From Candidatus Acidiferrales bacterium (lineage in GTDB: Bacteria; Acidobacteriota; Terriglobia; Acidiferrales; UBA7541): 35,487 nucleotides of DNA. The notes under the pieces are model-generated. The model did not search any database, was not told where the DNA came from, and saw only the letters and a list, made by a program, of their open reading frames with translations. The position numbers and the translations under genes were made by a program. Each line of letters starts with the position of its first letter. Position 1 is the first letter of the stretch. Below, piece by piece: positions 1 to 8,015 of this stretch. Location: the NCBI GenBank assembly GCA_049694295.1, contig JBAVQT010000513.1, positions 1 through 35,487 on the forward strand. Reading direction: 5' to 3'.

Positions 1-145
1 TCCCCACCCACAGGAGCAGCCGGTTCCGCTCGGGGCGCCCCCAGCGTCGCCGAGGCGGTGCTGCGAGCGGCGGATCTGAACTGGACGCGAACGGTTGCGC
101 TAGCGGCGATTCGTTTTTGCCGTCTGGATCGGATTCGCTGGGCAC
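1..145 (-). CDS. 5' end of an unidentified CDS running off the left edge (partial, about 48 codons, Pro/Ser-rich)
   Basis: On the minus strand, AGGAG (plus-strand ctcct, 154-158) lies 8 nt upstream of a GTG at 145. The frame stays open to position 1. It is absent from the ORF track because it is truncated. No family recognised. Confidence 0.3.
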   Translation of the reverse strand, partial: MPSESDPDGKNESPLAQPFASSSDPPLAAPPRRRWGRPERNRLLLWVG

Positions 146-287
146 CTGAGTGTCTCCTAACGTGGAAAATCCGCGAGGAGAGTCTATAGCGAGTCGTTAA
201 ATTCGCGAATCGGGAAATTAACGATTCGGCGCCAGCGCAGAGGTCCGAGTCGGATGCCGCAGCGCACGACGCCAACGAGGCGGGTAG

Positions 288-2111
288 TTATTTTGCGGCT
301 ACGGTTTGGCGCTGGAGGCGGGCGGTCAGGGCGCGATGCTCGGCGCGGATTTCTTCGGGCAGGCGCGCGCCGAATTGCTCGAAGAATTGAGCAGCGAGTT
401 TGGTTTCTTCGGCCCACTCAGCGGGATCCACGCGCAAAAGTTCGTCCACGGCGCTTTTCTGGATGGCTAGATTCTGAAGATCGAGCGAATCGGGCGTGGG
501 CACCATGCCAATGGGGGTTTCCGTGGCGGCGGCGCGGCCTTCGATGCGATCGAGCATCCATTTGAGCACGCGAACATTGTCGCCATAGCCGGGCCACAGG
601 AATTTTCCGTCGGCGCCGCGACGGAACCAGTTCACGTGGAAAATTTTGGGGGCGTGTTTGATACGCGGCCCCATCTCGAGCCAGTGGCGGAAATAATCGG
701 CCATGTTGTAACCGCAAAAGGGAAGCATGGCCATGGGATCGCGGCGCGTGACGCCAACGGCGCCGGTGGCAGCGGCGGTGGTTTCGGAAGCCATCGATGC
801 GCCGACGTAGACGCCGTGCTGCCAGCTGAACGACTCGTAGACCAGCGGCGCGAGGCCGGCGCGACGCCCGCCGAAAATAATCGCGGAGATAGGCACGCCC
901 GCGGGGTCTTCCCAGCGCGGCGAAATTGAAGGCGATTGTTTTGCCGGAACGGTGTAGCGCGAGTTGGGATGCGCGGCCGGACCTTTATCCGGCGACCATG
1001 GCTCGGCCTTCCAATTGATTAGACCCGGAGGAGGCGGAGTGCCGATGCCTTCCCACCACGGCTCGAGATCGCCGGAGATGGCGACGTTGGTGAAGATGGT
1101 GTCGTGCCGGAGCGCGGCCATCACGTTGGGATTGGTTTTCATGTTGGTGCCGGGCGCGACGCCAAAGAATCCTGCTTCCGGATTGACGGCGCGCAGCGTG
1201 CCGTCGGCCGCGATGTGCATCCAGGCGATATCATCGCCAACGGTCCAGACGCGATAGCCCTGCGATTCGAGCGCGGAAACCATCATGGCGAGATTGGTCT
1301 TTCCGCAGGCGCTGGGAAACGCGGCGGCCATGTAAGTAACTTTTCCGGAGGGGTCTTCGAGTCCGAGAATCAGCATGTGCTCGGCCATCCAGCCTTCCGA
1401 GCGCGCCATCCAGCTGGCGATGCGCAGCGCAAAACATTTTTTTCCGAGCAGCGCGTTGCCGCCGTAGCCCGAGCCGACGCTCCAGATCAATTTTTCCTCG
1501 GGGAAGTGCATCACGAAGCGGCGCTCGGGATTGACGCCGGCGAGAGCGTGCAGGCCGGGAACGAAATCGCTGGTATTGCCGATGCGATCGAGAGCGGCCT
1601 GGCCCATGCGCGACATGATGCGCATGCTGGCCACGACGTAGCGGCTATCGCTGATTTCGACGCCGACTCGGCTGTAGGGAGAATTCGAGGGGCCAAGAAT
1701 GTAGGGCGCGACATACATGGTGCGGCCCTTCATCGAGCCTTCGAAAATGGGGCGTACTTTGGCTTTGCCGTCCTCGGGCGACATCCAATTGTTGGTTGGG
1801 CCGGCGTCGTCCTTATTGCGCGTGCAGATGAAGGTGACGCTCTCGGTGCGCGCGACGTCATTTGGATTGCGGCGATTGAGGAAACAGTGCGGATAGGTGG
1901 CGGGATTCAGCGCGGTTAGGATGCCGTCGTGAATCAGGCCGGAGAGGTGCTCTTCGTTTTCCTGGTCCGAGCCGTTGCAGAAGACAATTTTATCGGGTTT
2001 CGTGAGACGCGCGGATTCTTCGACCCAAAGTTCGAGTGGCGTTGCCAAGGGGCCTCCCCGGGGCTGGTGAGAGCGCCGCGCGCGGCGTATGGCGGCCGGC
2101 GGCGGGAACAA
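288..2111 (-). CDS. pckG: Phosphoenolpyruvate carboxykinase (GTP)
   Basis: 607-aa ORF with GTP-PEPCK hallmarks: [13 protein letters not shown] (kinase-1a loop), [11 protein letters not shown], and LELWVEE...KIVFCNGS at the N-terminus. The annotated start at 2111 is a TTG, so the exact start is uncertain by a few codons. Confidence 0.95.
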   Translation of the reverse strand: MFPPPAAIRRARRSHQPRGGPLATPLELWVEESARLTKPDKIVFCNGSDQENEEHLSGLIHDGILTALNPATYPHCFLNRRNPNDVARTESVTFICTRNKDDAGPTNNWMSPEDGKAKVRPIFEGSMKGRTMYVAPYILGPSNSPYSRVGVEISDSRYVVASMRIMSRMGQAALDRIGNTSDFVPGLHALAGVNPERRFVMHFPEEKLIWSVGSGYGGNALLGKKCFALRIASWMARSEGWMAEHMLILGLEDPSGKVTYMAAAFPSACGKTNLAMMVSALESQGYRVWTVGDDIAWMHIAADGTLRAVNPEAGFFGVAPGTNMKTNPNVMAALRHDTIFTNVAISGDLEPWWEGIGTPPPPGLINWKAEPWSPDKGPAAHPNSRYTVPAKQSPSISPRWEDPAGVPISAIIFGGRRAGLAPLVYESFSWQHGVYVGASMASETTAAATGAVGVTRRDPMAMLPFCGYNMADYFRHWLEMGPRIKHAPKIFHVNWFRRGADGKFLWPGYGDNVRVLKWMLDRIEGRAAATETPIGMVPTPDSLDLQNLAIQKSAVDELLRVDPAEWAEETKLAAQFFEQFGARLPEEIRAEHRALTARLQRQTVAAK

Positions 2112-2280
2112 GTGCCAATAAATCAGACTGATAACGAATATTTATCGGACTTATATACAAAAAAATTGTAGGGCAGGCGCGGAAGAAAAGCAAGACGGTG
2201 CGGGGGCAGCGATTGACGGGACGGCACGGGAGGATTATCGTTTGGGATGAAAGAAAATCTCGGAACGGAGATACTCCCTC

Positions 2281-2838
2281 ATGAGTTACAGAATCTGGAT
2301 GGCAGCCGCAATTCTTTGTTGTGCAATTCCCGCTTTCGCCCAGCAGAATTCGGCGCCGGCGGCCACGGCTAAGGTCGAATCGAATCCCATCGCGAATCAA
2401 CTGCGGAGCGATGTGGCCGAGAGCGCCCGGAACATGGTCGGCGCAGCGCAAGAAATGCCCGCCGAGAAATATTCGTACCGTCCGACGCCGGAACAAATCA
2501 CATTCGCACACCTGATCGTTCACGCGACCATGGCCAACTATGGGTTCTGCTCGAAGCTCTCGGGCGTCGCGCGGCCAGAGGTGAAACTCGCGGAGGCGGA
2601 CGGCAAGGACAAGCTGGTGGCCGCGCTCAAGGACTCCTACGCCTACTGCACCACAAACCTGGCAAACGTGGATGACTCGAATCTCGGCGAGACGCTGCCT
2701 TTCTATGGAGGACGAACCATCTCGCGCGGCGGGATGATGACGATGGTATCGGTGGACTACGCCGATCATTACGCGATGGCCGCGATGTATCTGCGCTTGA
2801 ACGGGCTGCTGCCGCCAACGGCGAAAGAAAAGAAATAG
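2281..2838 (+). CDS. DinB-family (DinB_2-like) four-helix-bundle protein with N-terminal signal peptide
   Basis: GGAGA lies 9 nt upstream of the ATG. Signal-like N-terminus MSYRIWMAAAILCCAIPAFAQQ. DinB-like His-containing helix FAHLIVHATMANYGF and C-terminal DYADHYAMAAMY. Confidence 0.7.
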   Translation: MSYRIWMAAAILCCAIPAFAQQNSAPAATAKVESNPIANQLRSDVAESARNMVGAAQEMPAEKYSYRPTPEQITFAHLIVHATMANYGFCSKLSGVARPEVKLAEADGKDKLVAALKDSYAYCTTNLANVDDSNLGETLPFYGGRTISRGGMMTMVSVDYADHYAMAAMYLRLNGLLPPTAKEKK

Positions 2839-3046
2839 GATTTCGCTCGGGGTCCTGCTCACGAAGTCCGCCGTCCAGGAGTTGGCAACGGCGCTATAGT
2901 TACGATTCGCGCCCGCGAGCCGACTCCTCAACTTGCGCTCCGGGTAGCGCGCGATTTGATAGTTGACGGGCGGGTGCATCAAGTCTACGTCTATGAGTTG
3001 GCCGCTTTTGTCGTCGGGCAGACTAGCGTGATGCACACATTTCTTC

Positions 3047-3078
3047 ATAACTCGCCGACCTGATAACTCGCCGACCTG
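3047..3078. repeat. Perfect 16-bp tandem duplication (ataactcgccgacctg x2)
   Basis: Read directly: unit 1 is 3047-3062 and unit 2 is 3063-3078, identical and head-to-tail, in a region with no confident gene. Confidence 0.95.
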
Positions 3079-3235
3079 GCTGAAAATAGCCCGCGCCATT
3101 CCGAGTTAGTCATTCTTCAAGAGTTCGGATCGAGAAGATCGTTTCGGGAAGCGCCGGCTCGCTGCCCGCACGCGGGATCGAGGCACTGTCCGGATTGGCG
3201 CCGCACGATTCTCCCAGTGTTATACTTCGCGCGAA

Positions 3236-3499
3236 ATGTTTGCGCGAAAGCTGCGAGCGGAGATCGTGATTGCGGGGGAGCGGCGAGCGGCGCCGCTGGA
3301 TTGGCTGGATAGTTTTTGCATGCGGAATTTTACGGGGTCGGCGGAGTTTGACGACACCTTGCCGGTGGGCGAGGGACGGCTGGAAGCGGGACTCAGCGTC
3401 AAGCCGGATCGACTGGCTGCGGCGATGAGCGAGTGGTTCACGAAGCGTGGCAAGGGCAACGGACAGGCAGTAAGGGTGGAGCTGCGGGAGGCCGAGTAA
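3236..3499 (+). CDS. Hypothetical 87-aa protein (weak call)
   Basis: The ORF has G/C-rich third codon positions like the real genes here, but no Shine-Dalgarno sequence and no recognisable family. It could be a gene remnant. Confidence 0.25.
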   Translation: MFARKLRAEIVIAGERRAAPLDWLDSFCMRNFTGSAEFDDTLPVGEGRLEAGLSVKPDRLAAAMSEWFTKRGKGNGQAVRVELREAE

Positions 3500-3877
3500 T
3501 TGGCCGGCGTGCGGTATTAAATTTCGGATTCGCCGCCTACGAACATTCGGAAGTGCGGCTAGAAATTAAAAAAGAGAAGCCAAACCCCTCCTGCGTATGA
3601 CTGGGGCGTTGCAGCGGTCATCGCAAGAGAAGTTCAGCTTCTCACAATCAATTCGACGCGCGCGATTGCCGAGGGTTAGCAGCAGGGCGCGCACGAAGCC
3701 GGAAAGACGTGATGCAGGCGAAGGTCCCGTTGAACCTCATCCTCCCTGTTGTGCTCGCGGAGCGCTGGAGCCTTTCGTGGTGCGATAACGGGACGGTGTG
3801 TTCGGGTGCGATGAGCAGTTACGCTGCGCCGCCACTGCCCGCGGCGGCGCCAACGATTGCCGTGCGAAATTAGCGGC

Positions 3878-4768
3878 TTAATCTTCGGAGGGGCGGTAGC
3901 GGCGCGCGGCGGCGGCTTCGCCCGCGCTGCGCGTCAGCAGCGTCCGGATTTGCGGCATGGCCGATAGCGTGGCGGCGTGCCCGGCCTCGATCATTTGCGG
4001 CGTCTTCACGAATTCATCCCACAGCACGTTGCGGACCTCGGGCTCGATAAGGATGTCGGATTCCCTGCGCCAGGTCTGCGTAGCTCCGGCTTGAATAATG
4101 TTGAAGGAGCGACTGATCACCTCGATGGTGTTGCGCGGGCGGGACTGCGGGAGCCCGGGCTCGAGGTAGACGGAGAGGACCACGTCGGCGCCCAACTCGC
4201 GCACGGCTGGCGCGGGGACGGTCTCGGTGAGGAAACCGTCCACCAAAATTTGTCCCTGATATTCCACGGGCAGGAAGAGGCCCGGATAAGCGCAGGAGGC
4301 GCGCAGTGCCGGGACGATCTCGCCCTTGGTGAAATGGACCGACTCGCCGGCCAGGAGATCCACGGCGACGATGGTGAGCGGGATTTTCATTTCGTCGAAA
4401 TAGCGGGCGGTGGTGAAGCGCTGGAGAAAATCCTCGAGCTTATCGTTGGAAGCCATGCCCATGCGCGAAAGCGTCCAGCGGCCGAAATCTTTGAAGCGCG
4501 TACCGCTGCCCTCATGGGACATGGCGGCCACGGAGCTGCCGCTGGCGTATGCCGCGGCGATCAGCGCGCCGACGCTGGTGCCGCCGATAAAGTCGATGGG
4601 GATGTCGTTTTCTTCGAGCGCTTTGATCACGCCGATGTGCGCGATGCCGCGCGCGAATCCGCCGCCAAGAGCCAGGCCCACGCGCGGCCGCGGCCGTCCG
4701 TCGGGGCCGTAGGCAAAAGAGCGCAGTCCGCGCACCGCCTTGCCCAGCCATTTGGTTGCGTTCGCCAT
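3878..4768 (-). CDS. Patatin-like phospholipase family protein
   Basis: GGGFARGIAHIGV (oxyanion GGGxxRG), GTSVGA (GxSxG nucleophile) and LVDGF (catalytic Asp). I place the start at the internal ATG 4768 (MANATKW...), preceded by GGAG (plus-strand ctcc, 4774-4777). The track ORF extends to 5029, which would overlap the divergent gene. Confidence 0.85.
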   Translation of the reverse strand: MANATKWLGKAVRGLRSFAYGPDGRPRPRVGLALGGGFARGIAHIGVIKALEENDIPIDFIGGTSVGALIAAAYASGSSVAAMSHEGSGTRFKDFGRWTLSRMGMASNDKLEDFLQRFTTARYFDEMKIPLTIVAVDLLAGESVHFTKGEIVPALRASCAYPGLFLPVEYQGQILVDGFLTETVPAPAVRELGADVVLSVYLEPGLPQSRPRNTIEVISRSFNIIQAGATQTWRRESDILIEPEVRNVLWDEFVKTPQMIEAGHAATLSAMPQIRTLLTRSAGEAAAARRYRPSED

Positions 4769-4829
4769 GAGGACTCCACCCGACTGCACGCCTACTCTAC
4801 TCCAGCGCAGCTGCTGTGCGCTCCGCTGG

Positions 4830-4858
4830 TTGACCACCCCGTATTGCTCTTGTAACCT
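4830..4858 (+). promoter_or_regulatory. Candidate sigma-70-type promoter for the fadN-like gene
   Basis: TTGACC (4830-4835), a 17-nt spacer, then TAACCT (4853-4858), about 25 nt upstream of the ATG at 4883. Pattern match only. Confidence 0.3.
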
Positions 4859-4882
4859 GATCGTCCGGACTGCAACGCTGAC

Positions 4883-7306
4883 ATGACCAAGAGAATAGAA
4901 AAAGTCGCCGTTATCGGGGCAGGCACGATGGGCGCGCGCATCGCCGCGCATCTGGCCAACGCGGGAATTCCATGTTTCTTGCTGGATATCGCGCCGACTT
5001 CCCTGACCGACGATGAAAAGCGCAAGCAACTTACCCTGGAGAGCTCGGCGGTTCGCAATCGCATTGTGCTAGCGGGTCTGGACGCCGCGCGAAAATCGCG
5101 GCCCGCCGCGTTTTTCACGCCGCAGACGGCGCGCCTGGTGACGCCGGGAAATCTGGAAGAGAATCTCGCCTGGTGCGGGCAGGTGGATTGGATTATCGAG
5201 GCGGTGGCCGAAAGCCTGGAAATCAAGCGCAGTCTTTTCGCGCGAGTGGAATCGGTGCGTAAACCCGGGACCATCGTCACCAGCAACACCTCAGGTTTGC
5301 CCATTCACCTCATCGCCGAAGGACGCTCCGCGGACTTTCAGCAGCACTGGGCGGGCACGCATTTCTTCAATCCCCCGCGTTATATGAAGCTGGTGGAGCT
5401 GATTGCCGGTCCGAAGACGCGGCCCGCGGTGCTGGCGTCGCTCGAGGAAATCTGCGATCTGCGGCTGGGCAAGGGCGTGGTGAGCGCGAAAGACACGCCG
5501 AATTTCATCGCCAATCGCGTGGGAACCTTTGCAATGCTCAACGCTTTGCGGCAAATGCAGGCGCTCGATATGACGGTGGAGGAAGTGGACGTTTGCACCG
5601 GCCCGGCGATCGGGCAGCCGAAGTCGGCGACCTTTCGCACCGCGGATATTGTGGGCCTGGATGTGCTGGCGCACGTGGTGAGAAATATTTACGAGAGTGT
5701 GCCGGATGATGAGTCGCGTGAGATGTATCGCTTGCCGGCGTTTGTCGAGGAGATGCTCAAGCGCGGGTGGTTGGGCGAAAAAACCGGGGGTGGTTTTTAC
5801 AAGCGCGTGAAGAAAGACGGCGAGAGCGAAATCCTCACGCTCGATCTGCGGACCATGGAGTATCGCCCGCGGCAGAAAGCGAAGTTCGCGTCCATCGAAG
5901 CGGGGAAACAGCTGGATGACACGCGCGAGCGGCTGCGCTTGCTGCTCGGGCCTGCGCTGGAAGGAAAGAGCGGCGACAAGGCGAATGAATTTCTGTGGGC
6001 AACCTTGAGCGAGAACTGCCGGTACGCGGCGCAGCGCGTGCCGGAAATAGCCAACACGATTGTGGATGTGGACCGTGCCATGCGCTGGGGATTTGCCTGG
6101 GAGCTGGGGCCGTTTGAAATTTGGGATGCGCTGGGCGTGGAAAAAATGGCCGCGGCGCTGGAGCGCGAGGGGCGCGCGCAGCCGCCACTGGTGAAGCAGG
6201 CGCTCGCGTCGCCGGCGAAATCCTTCTATCAATCGGAGAAGGGAATTACCCGCTACTTTGATTTGACGACGAATTCGCTCCAGCCGATCGAAGAGCCCGC
6301 CGGAATCATCATTCTGAAATCGTTGAAAGACCGCACGCCGGTGGTGCAGAAAAACTCCGGGGCCAGCCTCGTGGATTTGGGCGACGGCGTGGTGTGCTGC
6401 GAATTCCACTCCAAGATGAATTCGATCGGCTCGGACCTGGTGGCCATGTTGCACGCGGGAGTCAATCGGCTAGGCTCGGAATTCGACGCCATGGTGATTG
6501 CCAACCAAGCGCCGAATTTTTCGGTGGGCGCGAATTTGATGCTGATCCTCATTAGTGCGCAGGAAGGCGAATGGGACGACATCCATCTGGCGGTGCGCCA
6601 GTTTCAGCGCGTCAACATGGCGCTCAAGTACGCGCCGCGCCCCGTGGTAGCCGCGCCGCAGGGAATGGCGCTGGGCGGGGGCTGCGAGATCAGCCTGCAC
6701 GCCGCGCGGATTCACGCAGCGGCCGAAGCATATATGGGATTGGTGGAAACGGGCGTCGGGCTGATTCCGGGCGGCGGCGGATCGAAGGAAATGCTGATTC
6801 GCGCGGGCGAACACGCGGCGGGCGGCGAGGATCTGGATCTTTTCCACGCGCTGAAGCCGGTATTTGAAAATGTTGCGATGGCCAAAGTATCCACCAGCGC
6901 CGAGGAGGCCCGCACGCTGGGCTACCTGCGTCCCTCGGACCTGATTTCGATGAATCGCGATCGCGGCGTGGCGGATGCAAAAGAGACCGCGCTGGCGATG
7001 GTCCGGGCGGGGTATCATGCTCCGGCGCCCGCGGACATCCGAGTGCCGGGCGAAGAGTTTTTGGCTGCGGCAAAACTTGCCATTCATATGCTGCTTCGGG
7101 GAGAATACGCCACCGAGTATGATGGAGTGGTGGCGCGCAAGCTGGCCTGGGTTTTGGCCGGAGGCAACCTGACGGCGCCGCAAGGCGTCTCGGAAGAGTA
7201 CCTGCTGGACCTCGAGCGTGAGGCGTTTGTGAGCCTGTGCGGCGAGCGCAAGACGCAGGAGCGCATCGCCCATACTTTGAAGACGGGCAAGCCTTTGCGG
7301 AATTAA
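4883..7306 (+). CDS. Fused 3-hydroxyacyl-CoA dehydrogenase (N-terminal) / enoyl-CoA hydratase (C-terminal), FadN-type
   Basis: 807 aa. N-terminal Rossmann motif VAVIGAGTMGARIAAHLANAG. C-terminal crotonase-fold region APQGMALGGGCEISLHA. The domain order (dehydrogenase first) matches Bacillus FadN rather than E. coli FadB. Confidence 0.9.
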   Translation: MTKRIEKVAVIGAGTMGARIAAHLANAGIPCFLLDIAPTSLTDDEKRKQLTLESSAVRNRIVLAGLDAARKSRPAAFFTPQTARLVTPGNLEENLAWCGQVDWIIEAVAESLEIKRSLFARVESVRKPGTIVTSNTSGLPIHLIAEGRSADFQQHWAGTHFFNPPRYMKLVELIAGPKTRPAVLASLEEICDLRLGKGVVSAKDTPNFIANRVGTFAMLNALRQMQALDMTVEEVDVCTGPAIGQPKSATFRTADIVGLDVLAHVVRNIYESVPDDESREMYRLPAFVEEMLKRGWLGEKTGGGFYKRVKKDGESEILTLDLRTMEYRPRQKAKFASIEAGKQLDDTRERLRLLLGPALEGKSGDKANEFLWATLSENCRYAAQRVPEIANTIVDVDRAMRWGFAWELGPFEIWDALGVEKMAAALEREGRAQPPLVKQALASPAKSFYQSEKGITRYFDLTTNSLQPIEEPAGIIILKSLKDRTPVVQKNSGASLVDLGDGVVCCEFHSKMNSIGSDLVAMLHAGVNRLGSEFDAMVIANQAPNFSVGANLMLILISAQEGEWDDIHLAVRQFQRVNMALKYAPRPVVAAPQGMALGGGCEISLHAARIHAAAEAYMGLVETGVGLIPGGGGSKEMLIRAGEHAAGGEDLDLFHALKPVFENVAMAKVSTSAEEARTLGYLRPSDLISMNRDRGVADAKETALAMVRAGYHAPAPADIRVPGEEFLAAAKLAIHMLLRGEYATEYDGVVARKLAWVLAGGNLTAPQGVSEEYLLDLEREAFVSLCGERKTQERIAHTLKTGKPLRN

Positions 7307-7523
7307 GCGGTTCATCTGGCCGGGCGCACACGGCGGCAGTTTTGTTGCGGCTGTGTACCTCTATTTACGGAAATCTGCATCTAAGCATGGGCTGGGGGTT
7401 AGGTAAGGGTGTGGGGGCAGAGATAGGCCTTGGAGCGCGCAGCTTCAGTCTGTCCGGCGAAGATTTGGAACTTTTTCCGCCATCCTCGCAATCAATCGGT
7501 ACATTTCAAGGAGAAGCATCAAC

Positions 7524-8015
7524 GTGAAAGATATGACCAGAAATTCACTCGGGAAGTTTCTCGCGCTGCCGGCCCTGGTTTTTGGGCTCGTGGCCGTCGT
7601 GCCGGCGCGAGCGCAGAATTCGCAGCCCCAGGCCAAGCGCGTCAGCGCCAAGTCCGCGGCGTACAACGTCGCCGACGAAATTACGATTCAAGGCACCATC
7701 GAGAAGATCGCGCCCGCGAGTGACGTGCAGCCCGCCGGCACGCGGCTGTTGATTTCGACTCTGAGCGGCATTGTGAATGTGGATTTGGGCGCCCTGAATG
7801 CGCCGAGCCTCAAGGCTCTCGACCTCTCGGTCGGCGATTCCATCGAACTCACCGGAATTCAGCGGTCCGGAGGCGCCAGCGCGGTGTTTCTCGCTCGCTT
7901 GCTGACCACCTCAAGCCGCGTGGTGATCTTGCGTAACGAGCACGGCCTGCCGATTCGTTCGGTGATGCCGCGGGGCAACTCTTCATCGCAGCCAGTGATG
8001 AAGGGAGGCCTCTAA
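7524..8015 (+). CDS. Secreted hypothetical protein (163 aa)
   Basis: AAGGAG (7508-7513) lies 10 nt upstream of the GTG at 7524. Signal peptide FLALPALVFGLVAVVPARAQ. Its stop overlaps the next start (TAATG at 8013-8017). No family recognised. Confidence 0.6.
   Translation: MKDMTRNSLGKFLALPALVFGLVAVVPARAQNSQPQAKRVSAKSAAYNVADEITIQGTIEKIAPASDVQPAGTRLLISTLSGIVNVDLGALNAPSLKALDLSVGDSIELTGIQRSGGASAVFLARLLTTSSRVVILRNEHGLPIRSVMPRGNSSSQPVMKGGL

Noticed and set aside
1990-3099. 369-aa minus-strand ORF spanning the pckG 5' end, the DinB-like gene and the intergenic region
   Set aside because: It runs antisense through a well-supported gene and overlaps pckG. It has an Arg-rich, low-complexity composition and no family motifs. 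This is a typical GC-rich shadow ORF.
5291-6454. 387-aa minus-strand ORF, plus similar ones at 6470-7315 and 6690-7331
   Set aside because: They are antisense to the motif-rich fadN-like CDS and have an Arg/His/Gln-rich nonsense composition.
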